Positions 8,336 to 16,853 of a stretch of DNA of 64,000 nucleotides are shown piece after piece (the stretch's first letter is position 1; every line of letters starts with the position of its first letter). The translations under genes were made by a program, and so were the position numbers. Below the pieces are notes generated by a model. It was not told the origin of the DNA. It did no database searches and worked only from the letters and a program-made list of their open reading frames with translations. This DNA comes from an uncultured Haliangium sp. (GTDB taxonomy: Bacteria > Myxococcota_A > Polyangia > HGW-17): assembly GCA_964601905.1 (NCBI GenBank), contig CAZRPN010000001.1:33251-97250 (forward strand), in the 5' to 3' direction.

Positions 8336-9484
8336 TCAGGCGACGGGCCAGGCGAGCTCTTTGGCGTTGAGCAGGCTGGGGACGAGTTGTTGCAGGGGGC
8401 CGGTCGCCAGCTCGGTCGTGGAGACCGACGTGTTCGCGGGCCAGCGGTTGAGAGCGCCTGCGCAGTTGAGGGCGGACAGGGTGGCCATGTTCGAGCGGCT
8501 CTCGAGGGTGGCCGAGCCGGTGTGCGGAGACAGCACGATGTTGGGAAGCAGCGTGAGACCCTCGACCAGGCGGGGCTCGAACTCGTACACGTCCAGGCCT
8601 GCCGTGAACTCCGGGTGGGCCTTCAGGTGCACGATCAGCGCGGCCTCGTCGATCACGGGCCCGCGGCTGGCGTTGACGAGCACGGCAGCGGGCTTCATCA
8701 GGGAGAGCCGGCGCGCGTCGACGAGGTGCTGCAGTTGCGGCGAGTAGGACGACAGCAGCACGAGGACGTCGCCGTGCATGAACAGTTCATCGAGATCCTC
8801 GGTGCGGCGGATGGACGGGACGGGCTGTCCGTGCTTCTTCGCGGCCTCGGCGAGGTCGGCGACGTACGCCTCGAGCTCGGGCCGCGGGTGCGGGTTGAAA
8901 TACAGGACGTCCATGCCGAAGCCGCCGGCCATCGCACGTGCCACGGACTGGCCGATGCGGCCGGCGCCGAACAGGCCCAGGGTGCGACCGGTGATCTGGC
9001 GCCCGAGCATCAACTGCGGCAACCAGCCGAGAAAGCGGCCCTCGCGCATGTAGCGGTCGCCCTCGGCGATGCGGCGGATCGCCGAGAAGACCAGCGCCAG
9101 CGCAAGCTCGGCGGTGGCCTCGGTGAGCACTCCCGGGGTGTTGCAGACCGCGATGCCCAGCCTGCTGGCGCACGCCAGGTCGATGTTGTTGACGCCCACC
9201 GCGTAGGTCGAGATCACCTTGCCCCCGGCCGAGGAGAAGTGCGTCAGCACGCGCTCGTTCCAGGGTTCGTTGAGTTGACCCAGGGCGCCGGCGCAGCGTT
9301 CGCCGATGGCCTCGATCAGTTCGGCCTCCCCGAACATCTCCTCGGAGTCGTAGAGCTCGACGCGGCAGTCGAAGGAGGCGAGCACCTCGAGCCAGCGTGC
9401 ACCGACCAGGCGCTTGGTGGCGAGCACGCGGAACTTTCCTTCGGGGTTGTGGATCTTCCATGCTTCGGGTTGGATCATGGGCAC
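8336..9484 (-). CDS. D-isomer-specific 2-hydroxyacid dehydrogenase (glycerate dehydrogenase / hydroxypyruvate reductase family) with a C-terminal extension
   Basis: NAD-binding GLFGAGRIGQSVA, catalytic region LLSSYSPQLQHLVDARRLSLMKPAAVLVNASRGPVIDEAAL, HxGS motif (SPHTGSAT). Confidence 0.85.
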   Translation of the reverse strand: MPMIQPEAWKIHNPEGKFRVLATKRLVGARWLEVLASFDCRVELYDSEEMFGEAELIEAIGERCAGALGQLNEPWNERVLTHFSSAGGKVISTYAVGVNNIDLACASRLGIAVCNTPGVLTEATAELALALVFSAIRRIAEGDRYMREGRFLGWLPQLMLGRQITGRTLGLFGAGRIGQSVARAMAGGFGMDVLYFNPHPRPELEAYVADLAEAAKKHGQPVPSIRRTEDLDELFMHGDVLVLLSSYSPQLQHLVDARRLSLMKPAAVLVNASRGPVIDEAALIVHLKAHPEFTAGLDVYEFEPRLVEGLTLLPNIVLSPHTGSATLESRSNMATLSALNCAGALNRWPANTSVSTTELATGPLQQLVPSLLNAKELAWPVA

Positions 9485-9600
9485 CTCCTCGCGGACGCCA
9501 CCTTACCGGGTTTGCCTGCGCGAATCAATGATCCGGCGCTCTTTAGGGGGCGCCTCAAGTGGCCGTCTTGCGCCGGGCTGGATCCGGCGCATCGTTCTTT

Positions 9601-9651
9601 CTCTGCTCCCTTTCCGTCTTCTCCGCCGTCTTGTCTTTGTCCCTTTCCGAG
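9601..9651 (-). repeat. Copy of the purine-rich dispersed repeat (reverse orientation; reverse complement reads ...GGCGGAGAAGACGGAAAGGGAGCAGAG) in the divergent promoter region between the dehydrogenase and formiminotransferase genes
   Basis: Sequence similarity to the repeats at 5782, 45361 and 46649. Confidence 0.4.
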
Positions 9652-9747
9652 TCAGCTTGACTTATTACGTTATTCCCGTTAGCAACTTTGGGGCGATCGG
9701 AGACGCCTTGTTTATAGTATGACACCCATCCTTTCAGAGGAGTCCCC

Positions 9748-10791
9748 ATGCAGACCATCGTTGAATGCGTTCCCAATTTTTCCGACGGCCGCAACCCCGA
9801 GGTCCACGCCGCCATCGGCCGGGCCATCGAGTCGGTGCCCGGCGTGAAGCTGCTCGACGTGGATCCGGACGCCTCCTACAACCGCGTGGTGGTGACCTTC
9901 GTCGGGGAGAAGGAGGCCGTCGTGGAGGCCGCCTTCCGGGCGACTGAAGTCGCCGTGAAGATGATCGACATGCGGGAGCACCACGGTGAGCATCCGCGCT
10001 TCGGCGCCATCGACGTCTGTCCGTTCATCCCGGTGCGCGGCGTGACCATGGCCGACTGCGCCGAGCTGGCGCGGCAGTACGGCAAGCGCACGGCTGCTGC
10101 GTTCGACGTGCCGGTGTACCTCTACGAGCAGGCCGCCGCGCGCCCGGAGCGCAAGAACCTCGCCAAGGTGCGCGAGGGTGAGTACGAGGGACTGCCCGAG
10201 AAGCTGGCCAACCCCGACTGGGCGCCCGACTTCGGCCCCGCGCGGTTCGTCCCCACGTTCGGCACCGTGGCCACCGGCGCGAGGTTCTTCCTGGTCGCCT
10301 ACAACGTCAACGTCGACACGCCCGACGTGGCCGCCACCGATGACGTCGCGCTGGGCCTGCGCCAACTCGGCAAGCCGAAGATGACCCCCGGAGGCGAGTT
10401 CGTGCTCAACGCGACCGGCAAGAAGATCTTCGTGCCGGGCAAGCTGCGCATGGTCAAGGCCATGGGCGTGCCCATCGAGGACGGGAGGCGCACGCAGATC
10501 TCGATGAACCTGAACAACTACCTCGTGACGCCGCCGCATGTGGCCTACGAGGAGGCGGTGATCGACTGCGCCGCGCGCGGGCTCACCGTCACGGGCTCCG
10601 AGGTCGTCGGGCTGCTGCCGGCGGCCCCGCTGATGATGGCCGCGCACTGGGCCCTGCGCAAGGAGGGCAGGTCCGCCCGGGGCCTCTCCGACCGCGAGAT
10701 GGTGCAGGTCGCGGCCGACTACCTGAAACTGTCCGACTACAAGCCGTTCGACGCGCAGAAGAAGGTCATCGAGTTCGCGGTCGAGGATTAA
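9748..10791 (+). CDS. ftcD: Glutamate formimidoyltransferase (formiminotransferase domain of FTCD, as a stand-alone protein)
   Basis: N-terminal VECVPNFSDGRN signature, formiminotransferase N and C subdomains; GAGGAG RBS. Confidence 0.85.
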   Translation: MQTIVECVPNFSDGRNPEVHAAIGRAIESVPGVKLLDVDPDASYNRVVVTFVGEKEAVVEAAFRATEVAVKMIDMREHHGEHPRFGAIDVCPFIPVRGVTMADCAELARQYGKRTAAAFDVPVYLYEQAAARPERKNLAKVREGEYEGLPEKLANPDWAPDFGPARFVPTFGTVATGARFFLVAYNVNVDTPDVAATDDVALGLRQLGKPKMTPGGEFVLNATGKKIFVPGKLRMVKAMGVPIEDGRRTQISMNLNNYLVTPPHVAYEEAVIDCAARGLTVTGSEVVGLLPAAPLMMAAHWALRKEGRSARGLSDREMVQVAADYLKLSDYKPFDAQKKVIEFAVED

Positions 10792-10835
10792 TCAAAGAAC
10801 AAATCGGGGTCCTTCCCCGGAGGAGATTTTGCATC

Positions 10836-11489
10836 ATGACTCAGATTTCCCTTGCTTCCTATCTGGCGAACCTTCCCGTGGCCTGCTTCATCGAGAACGT
10901 GGCCGCCAAGAGCCCGGCCCCCGGCGGCGGCTCGGTGGCGGCGCTTTCGGGTGCCCTCGGGGCGGGTCTGGGCGCCATGGTGTGCCGGTTGACGATCGGC
11001 AAGAAGAAGTACAAGGACGTCGAGGACGAGCTGCGCGCGGCCGAGGAGAAGCTGGCCCCGCTGGTGGAGAAGCTGCGCGACCTCGTCGACGAGGACACCT
11101 TCGCGTTCAACGGGGTCATGGCCGCGTTCGACCTGCCGCAGGACACCGACGGGCAGAGGGCAATCCGGCAGGCGGCCGTCGAGCAGGCCACCCTGGCGGC
11201 GGCGGCGGTCCCGTTCACGGTGATGCAGGCCGCCGACGAGGCGCTCGCGGCGCTCTCGGTCGTGGCCGAGAAGGGCAACCTGAACTCCGTGTCCGACGCC
11301 GGCGTGGCCGCGTTGTCGCTGTCCACGTGCTTCCATGGGGCCCGCATGAACGTGGAGATCAACGTCAAGGACCTGCCCGCCTCCGCTCGCAAGGACGAGC
11401 TGGTCGCAGGCGTCGCCCGCATGTCAGGGCCGTTCGACGAGCGCTGCACCCGGATCCTCGGGATCGTGCGGGAGAGAATGCACGGATGA
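10836..11489 (+). CDS. Formiminotetrahydrofolate cyclodeaminase (FTCD C-terminal domain homologue, stand-alone)
   Basis: Typical cyclodeaminase N-terminus SLASYLANLPVACFIENVAAKSPAPGGGSVAALSGALGAGLGAMV. Its stop overlaps the next start as ATGA. Confidence 0.85.
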   Translation: MTQISLASYLANLPVACFIENVAAKSPAPGGGSVAALSGALGAGLGAMVCRLTIGKKKYKDVEDELRAAEEKLAPLVEKLRDLVDEDTFAFNGVMAAFDLPQDTDGQRAIRQAAVEQATLAAAAVPFTVMQAADEALAALSVVAEKGNLNSVSDAGVAALSLSTCFHGARMNVEINVKDLPASARKDELVAGVARMSGPFDERCTRILGIVRERMHG

Positions 11490-12349
11490 AGCAGGGCACC
11501 TTCACCGCCCGGGACGGCACGCTGCTGGCCTGGCAGCGCACCGGCAGCGGTCCCGACATCGTCATCGCCAACGGCCTGGGCGGCTCCATCCCCGCCTGGA
11601 AGCACGTGATCGCCGCGCTCTCGGACCGCTTCACGATCACGGCCTGGGACTACCGCGGCCTGTTCGCCTCCCACCGTCCGGCGGATCTGACCACGGTCAG
11701 CGTGCCCGTGCAGGCCGACGACTGCGAGGACCTGCTCCGGTTGTTCGACATCCGGAAGGCCGTCTTCATGGGCTGGAGCTACGGCGGGCAGGTGCTCGTG
11801 GAGTTGTACCGGCGCCGTCCGGAGCTCTTCTCCGGGCTCGTGATGCTCAACGCGATGGTGGGGCCCGCCTCGGGCAGCCTGCGTCTGCCGCAGTTGTGCA
11901 CGCCGATCTTCTCGCACCTGCTGAACTTCTGGACGCCGTTCTGGAGGCTGGCCGCCCCGCTGGCCGACCGCGTGATCCGCAGCGGCACCGCCATCTCGTT
12001 CATCAAGTCCACGGGACTGGTGGGGCCCGAGCTCGACGAGGACGTCTTCCAGGAGATCGCGGAGAAGTTCGTCAACATGGACCACGAGGTGTTCCGGGCC
12101 ACCCTCGAGAGCGCCGAGCGTTACGACGGCCGCGGCGTGCTGCCGCTGATGAACATCCCGGTGCTGATCATCGCCGGCACGCGCGACTTCATCGTGCTGC
12201 CGCAGACGACCCGCGAGATCGCCCGCGCCATTCCCGGAAGCCGCCTGGTGTTCGTGCCCAGGACCTCGCACTACACCGCCGTGGAAAAGCCGGCCGAGGT
12301 CGCCTCCGAGGTCGTCGCCTTCCTGAATTCCCTCAGAACGGAACCATAA
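11486..12349 (+). CDS. Alpha/beta-hydrolase fold protein. Real start MKQGTFTARDG...; the 506-aa track ORF from 10829 is an out-of-frame extension across the cyclodeaminase gene.
   Basis: Nucleophile elbow GWSYGG, alpha/beta hydrolase topology, C-terminal catalytic His region (PRTSHYTAVEKP). Confidence 0.8.
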   Translation: MKQGTFTARDGTLLAWQRTGSGPDIVIANGLGGSIPAWKHVIAALSDRFTITAWDYRGLFASHRPADLTTVSVPVQADDCEDLLRLFDIRKAVFMGWSYGGQVLVELYRRRPELFSGLVMLNAMVGPASGSLRLPQLCTPIFSHLLNFWTPFWRLAAPLADRVIRSGTAISFIKSTGLVGPELDEDVFQEIAEKFVNMDHEVFRATLESAERYDGRGVLPLMNIPVLIIAGTRDFIVLPQTTREIARAIPGSRLVFVPRTSHYTAVEKPAEVASEVVAFLNSLRTEP

Positions 12350-12353
12350 AAAA

Positions 12354-13121
12354 ATGCAACAGAAAACCATTCTGATCACCAATGACGATGGAATCCATGC
12401 CTGCGGGATCGCCCCGCTGGCAGAGGCCTTCACCGCCTCCGGCGCCGACGTGTGGGTCGTGGCCCCCGACCGGGAACGCAGCGCGGTCAGCCACGCGATC
12501 ACGCTGCGCGAGCCGCTGCGCATGCATGAGATCGCGCCGCATCAGTTCGCCTGCTCGGGCACGCCCGTGGACTGCTCGTACATGGGCATCGTGCACGTGG
12601 TTCCCCGCAGGCCTGACCTCGTGATCTCGGGCATCAACCACGGGTACAACCTGGGAACGGACGTGTTCTATTCGGGCACCGTGGGCGCGGCCGTGGAGGC
12701 CGCCATACGGGGTGTTCCGGCGATGGCGGTGTCCACGATCCGCGGCGCCTCCGCCGAACACCTGCGCCTTTGCGGGCAGGCCGTGGTGAAGCTGGCGAGG
12801 ATGATCCTGTCCTGGCCGGCGCCGCGCCATCCGTGGGTGTACAACTGCAACATCCCGCCGGATCCCGGGAAGGTCGAGTTGACCACGCCCGGCATCCGCC
12901 ACTACCACGACGAGGTCATGGTCCGGTACGATCCCAAGGGGGAACCCTATTACTGGATCGGAGGTCCGATCTCGCCCGATCACGGCAACCTCGAGGGAGG
13001 GGAGTTCGCCGCCCTGGAATCGGGCAACATCAGCCTTTCGCCTCTGTGCCTTTCGTTTCTGCCCGACGCCGGCGATCTGCAGCGTGTGAAGGACGCCCTG
13101 GTCCGGGAGTGGCGCTCGTGA
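12354..13121 (+). CDS. surE: 5'/3'-nucleotidase SurE
   Basis: ILITNDDGIHACGIAPLAEA N-terminal signature, GINHGYNLGTDVFYSGTVGAA. Confidence 0.9.
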   Translation: MQQKTILITNDDGIHACGIAPLAEAFTASGADVWVVAPDRERSAVSHAITLREPLRMHEIAPHQFACSGTPVDCSYMGIVHVVPRRPDLVISGINHGYNLGTDVFYSGTVGAAVEAAIRGVPAMAVSTIRGASAEHLRLCGQAVVKLARMILSWPAPRHPWVYNCNIPPDPGKVELTTPGIRHYHDEVMVRYDPKGEPYYWIGGPISPDHGNLEGGEFAALESGNISLSPLCLSFLPDAGDLQRVKDALVREWRS

Positions 13122-14056
13122 ACGGCCCCCTGTTGCGAAGCCGCGGCCAGCTGGCGCTCAAGGGCATGCTGATGGGCGCCGCAGACGTGGTGCCCGGCGT
13201 CTCCGGCGGCACCATCGCCTTCATCACGGGCATCTACAACGACCTGCTCGGCGCCATCTCCTCCTTCGATCCGACCTGGTTCAAGTTGGTGTTCACCGGC
13301 CGCCTGCGGGAGGCCTTCGCCCGGATCCCGTGGGGCTTTCTGCTGCCCCTGGTCTCCGGCATCGCCTTCTCGATCTTTTCCCTCGCACGCGGGGTCTCCT
13401 GGCTGCTGGAGAACCGGCCGCAGGAGCTGTGGTCGTTCTTCTTCGGACTGGTGTTGGCCTCCACGTGGGTGGTGGCCTCCGAGATCACGCCGAAAAAACG
13501 GGATTTCTGGATCTACCTGGCCGCGGGCACCATCGGGGCCTATGTGCTCGTGGGACTGATTCCCCTCGAGACCCCGACGGCGTTCTGGTTCACGTTCCTG
13601 TCCGGAGCGGTGGCGGCCACGGCGATGATCCTGCCCGGGATCTCAGGATCTTTCATTTTAGTCCTTCTTTCGCAGTACAACCGGATCCTCGAGGCCGTCA
13701 AGAATCTGGACTTCTTCGTATTGATTTGGTTCGTCGCGGGCGCTTTTCTGGGACTGGTGTCGTTTTCCCGTTTCCTGAAATGGCTTCTGAGCCGTCATTC
13801 CCTTCCGACGCTGGCCGTCCTGTGCGGATTCATGCTCGGTTCCCTGCGCAAGGTGTGGCCCTATCAGGAAGTATTGGAAAGCGCCCAAATTCATGATAAA
13901 GTCGTGGTCCTCAAAACCCGGAACATCCTTCCCGTGGACGGCGGAGGAGAACTGGTTTTGCATGGACTGCTGATGGTGGCCGGATTCCTGGTGGTTCTGG
14001 GAATCGCGGCCCTGGCCCGAAGGGCACAGAAGAAAGTGGAGCCCGTACATGACTGA
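13118..14056 (+). CDS. DUF368-family polytopic membrane protein. GTG start overlaps the surE stop; the track ORF from 12770 is N-terminally over-extended.
   Basis: GMLMGAADVVPGVSGGTIAFITGIY signature of DUF368, then about 8 TM helices. Confidence 0.7.
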   Translation: MNGPLLRSRGQLALKGMLMGAADVVPGVSGGTIAFITGIYNDLLGAISSFDPTWFKLVFTGRLREAFARIPWGFLLPLVSGIAFSIFSLARGVSWLLENRPQELWSFFFGLVLASTWVVASEITPKKRDFWIYLAAGTIGAYVLVGLIPLETPTAFWFTFLSGAVAATAMILPGISGSFILVLLSQYNRILEAVKNLDFFVLIWFVAGAFLGLVSFSRFLKWLLSRHSLPTLAVLCGFMLGSLRKVWPYQEVLESAQIHDKVVVLKTRNILPVDGGGELVLHGLLMVAGFLVVLGIAALARRAQKKVEPVHD

Positions 14057-14576
14057 GCCCATCGCGATGATCTCCGCGGCCATCCGCCCGGTGCCCGATT
14101 TTCCGAAGCCCGGGATCCTGTTCCGCGACATCACGACGCTGCTGCTGGATCCCGATGCCACGGCCGCCGCCAACAGCCTGCTGATCGCGCGGATACGCCA
14201 GCTGCAGCCCACGCACATCGCGGCCATCGAGAGCCGGGGTTTTCTGTTTGGCGCTCCCGTGGCCTCCGAGCTTCGTCTTCCGCTGTGCATCGTCCGCAAG
14301 CCCGGCAAGCTGCCGGCGCGCACCATCCGCGAGACCTACGACCTGGAGTACGGGTCTGATTCGATTGAAATTCACCAGGACGCCCTGGCCCCCGGGGACC
14401 GCGTGGTGATCATCGACGACCTGCTCGCCACCGGAGGCACCGCCGCCGCCGCCGGGAGGCTGGTCGCCAAGTGCGGGGCCATCGTGGCCGGGTATGCATT
14501 CGTCGTCGAACTCAAGGATCTCGGTGGACGGGAAAAACTCCTGTCGGCACCGGTTATTTCACTTGTGATGTACTGA
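14049..14576 (+). CDS. apt: Adenine phosphoribosyltransferase
   Basis: PRPP-binding motif VVIIDDLLATGGTAAAAG, IESRGFLFGAPVA; 8-bp overlap with the upstream gene. Confidence 0.9.
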   Translation: MTEPIAMISAAIRPVPDFPKPGILFRDITTLLLDPDATAAANSLLIARIRQLQPTHIAAIESRGFLFGAPVASELRLPLCIVRKPGKLPARTIRETYDLEYGSDSIEIHQDALAPGDRVVIIDDLLATGGTAAAAGRLVAKCGAIVAGYAFVVELKDLGGREKLLSAPVISLVMY

Positions 14577-14592
14577 TTTGCAGGAGGTATCC

Positions 14593-14919
14593 ATGTCCGC
14601 CGAACTCGATGAACTGACAGTAAACTACGAAGAGGAAGGCCGTCTGGTCCGCAAGGAACTCGAGCGGGTTTTCCTGTCCAAGGGTGCCTGGGCCACGGTG
14701 TTGTTCCGCTACCAGGAGCTGGATCCGAAGACGGACACATACCGGGCGCCCAAGGCGATGATCGTGCGGTTCCGCAAGGTCAAGGGCGTGTATCGCAAGC
14801 AGACCAGCTTCAATTTCAGTTCCCCCAAGCAGGCCCTGGCCATCGCCGAGATCCTGCAGAAGTGGTTTGCCAACGCGCCGGAGTCCGAGGTGGAGTCCGA
14901 AGAAGAGCATGCCTCCTGA
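14593..14919 (+). CDS. Conserved hypothetical protein (about 108 aa). Start taken at MSAELDEL..., which is preceded by an AGGAGG RBS.
   Basis: ORF with a good RBS (aggagg-N6-ATG at 14593) and a charged, folded-looking composition. No family assignable. Confidence 0.5.
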   Translation: MSAELDELTVNYEEEGRLVRKELERVFLSKGAWATVLFRYQELDPKTDTYRAPKAMIVRFRKVKGVYRKQTSFNFSSPKQALAIAEILQKWFANAPESEVESEEEHAS

Positions 14920-15403
14920 CGAGCGCTCCCTGCGTTCCCTCGGACAGGTCCGTCTCCGGCTGCTGCCGGAGCTGGCCGGATATTCCCGTCGGATCGCCGC
15001 ACTGAAGGAAGAACGGGATGAACTGATGCGACAGGCCTCGAGCCTGGCTGCGCAGGCGCGGGATCTTCACCAGAAAATCGAACGGGAGCGGGAACGCCTG
15101 ATGACGCGGGGACCCATCGGAGGCGCCGCCCTGGCGGGCCTTGAGGGCTTCCGCCGGCGTCAGCGCGCCAGCGCGGACGAGCTGGCCGACCGGCAGGAAG
15201 GGGTGAACCAGCGGCGCCTGGCTGTCGAGGCCCGGCTGCAGGTCCTCTTCTCGGAACTTTTGCGTGCCCGCCGGCGGCTGGACGTGCTCGGCGAGCGGAT
15301 CGAGGAGAAGCGCCTGGTCCTGAACGACCGCAGGGCCGAAGCCCGGCTCGAGGAGCTCCTCGAAGACTGCGTGCGGCCGCGGCGGACGTTGAACGGGAAC
15401 TGA
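14909..15403 (+). CDS. Hypothetical coiled-coil protein (Arg/Glu/Leu-rich)
   Basis: Start MPPDERS overlaps the previous gene by 11 bp. Heptad-like Arg/Glu/Leu composition (LKEERDELMRQASSLAAQARDLHQKIERERERL...). Could be over-called. Confidence 0.4.
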   Translation: MPPDERSLRSLGQVRLRLLPELAGYSRRIAALKEERDELMRQASSLAAQARDLHQKIERERERLMTRGPIGGAALAGLEGFRRRQRASADELADRQEGVNQRRLAVEARLQVLFSELLRARRRLDVLGERIEEKRLVLNDRRAEARLEELLEDCVRPRRTLNGN

Positions 15404-15546
15404 TCATAGATCTTGCGGTATCCGGTGTGGATCTGCTAGAAGATGCAGTGAAGGGACGAGTTGACGCTCACACCTACCATGCCGAAATTCCTGGAAAGAA
15501 ATCTGTTCGAGATCAAAGCCAACCGGAACTGAAGAACGAGGGAAAC

Positions 15547-16761
15547 ATGCAGGTTGCACACCGGATCCGTTTCGTCACCGACTCACCCACGCTCGCGATC
15601 ACCGCCCGTGCCAAGAAGATGAAGTCGGAGGGGAAGGACGTGATCAGTCTGTCCATCGGGGAGCCGGATTTTCCGACGCCCGAGCACATCGTGACCGCGG
15701 CCAAGACCGCGCTCGACAACGGCGCGACCAAGTACACGCCGGCGGCCGGCATCCCGGAGCTGCGCGAAGCCGTCGCCCGCTCCATCTCGCATTCCCATGA
15801 GCTCATGGGCATCACCGGGGAGCACGTGATCATCTCCGCGGGTGCCAAGCACAGCATCTACAATGCGATGATGGCGACCCTGGATCCGGGGGACGAGGTG
15901 ATCATCCCCACGCCGTACTGGCTCTCCTATCCCGTCATCGTGACGCTGGCCTCGGGCATCCCGGTGTTCGTGCCCACCACGCTGGAGGAGCGCTTCGTGC
16001 TGACTCCGGAGAAGTTGCGCTCCGCGATCACGCGACGCACCCGGATGATCATCCTGAACAACCCGTCCAATCCCACGGGCTCCGTCTACAACCGGCGCGA
16101 ACTGAAGGCCCTGTACGACGTCATCGTGGATTACCCCAACATCATGGTGCTCTCCGACGACATCTACGGCAAACTGATCTACGGAAACGGCAAGTTCTGC
16201 TCCGTGGCCTCGTTCTCCGACGAGGCGCGCAAGCGCACCATCGTGATCGACGGCGTGTCGAAGTCCTACTCGATGACCGGCTGGCGCATCGGGTTCTCCG
16301 TCGCGCGCCGGGCCGTGACCAAGGCCATGGCCCACATCCAGAGCCACACGACCTCCAACCCGACGACGGTGGCCCAGTACGCTGCCCTCGAGGCGCTCAT
16401 CGGCCCGCAGGAGGCGGTGGAGACCATGCGCCAGGAGTTCAACACCCGCCGCCTGTTCATGCTCAAGCAGCTGGCCTCCGTTCCCGGCTTTGAATTCCAT
16501 CAGCCCCGCGGCGCCTTCTACGTGCTGCCGCGCGTGACGAACCTCCTCGGCAAGATGACCCCGTCGGGTGATTTCCTTCGCAATGATGTGGATGTGGCCA
16601 ACTACCTGCTCGACACCGCCCTCGTCGCGCTGGTGCCCGGGACGCCGTTCGGTGCGCCGGGCCACCTCCGTCTGTCGTATGCGCTGAACACGGAGCGGCT
16701 CGTGAAGGCCATCGACAACATCGGCGAGGCCGTCGTCAACCTAAAGGACCCCGGCGTATAG
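15547..16761 (+). CDS. Class I pyridoxal-phosphate-dependent aminotransferase (aspartate aminotransferase family). Start at MQVAHRIRF...
   Basis: ISLSIGEPDFPTP, NPSNPTGSVY, PLP-lysine region SKSYSMTGWRIGF. GAGGGA RBS before the ATG at 15547. Confidence 0.85.
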   Translation: MQVAHRIRFVTDSPTLAITARAKKMKSEGKDVISLSIGEPDFPTPEHIVTAAKTALDNGATKYTPAAGIPELREAVARSISHSHELMGITGEHVIISAGAKHSIYNAMMATLDPGDEVIIPTPYWLSYPVIVTLASGIPVFVPTTLEERFVLTPEKLRSAITRRTRMIILNNPSNPTGSVYNRRELKALYDVIVDYPNIMVLSDDIYGKLIYGNGKFCSVASFSDEARKRTIVIDGVSKSYSMTGWRIGFSVARRAVTKAMAHIQSHTTSNPTTVAQYAALEALIGPQEAVETMRQEFNTRRLFMLKQLASVPGFEFHQPRGAFYVLPRVTNLLGKMTPSGDFLRNDVDVANYLLDTALVALVPGTPFGAPGHLRLSYALNTERLVKAIDNIGEAVVNLKDPGV

Positions 16762-16815
16762 ACGGAAAAAAGCAAAGAAAAAGAAAAGAAGAAGAGTTTT
16801 TCCGCGGAACACGCT

Positions 16816-16835
16816 GAAGGGGGAGCGGGGAAGAG
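16816..16835 (+). repeat. Degenerate remnant (GAAGGGGGAGCGGGGAAGAG) of the purine-rich repeat family in the convergent aspC/alaS intergenic region
   Basis: Similarity to GGAAGGGGAGCGGAGAAGAC in the copy at 5782. Short, so weak. Confidence 0.25.
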
Positions 16836-16853
16836 TCCGACCAGACCGACGCT

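Noticed and set aside
7858-8370. Repetitive-peptide ORFs (7858-8298 -, 8045-8284 -, 8104-8370 +) across the metG leader repeat
   Set aside because: Their periodic peptides (RKWRPRHQAWRPRH...; TPLPVARTPRLVAR...) are simply translations of the 21-bp tandem repeat in different frames.
10829-12349. 506-aa ORF spanning the cyclodeaminase and hydrolase genes
   Set aside because: Its first about 220 codons are out of frame relative to the real cyclodeaminase (Arg/Gly-rich junk). The true hydrolase starts at the ATG at 11486.
12770-13117. N-terminal extension of the DUF368 ORF overlapping the 3' part of surE
   Set aside because: The extension translates as Arg/Gly-rich low complexity. A GTG at 13118 overlapping the surE stop gives the conserved DUF368 N-terminus.
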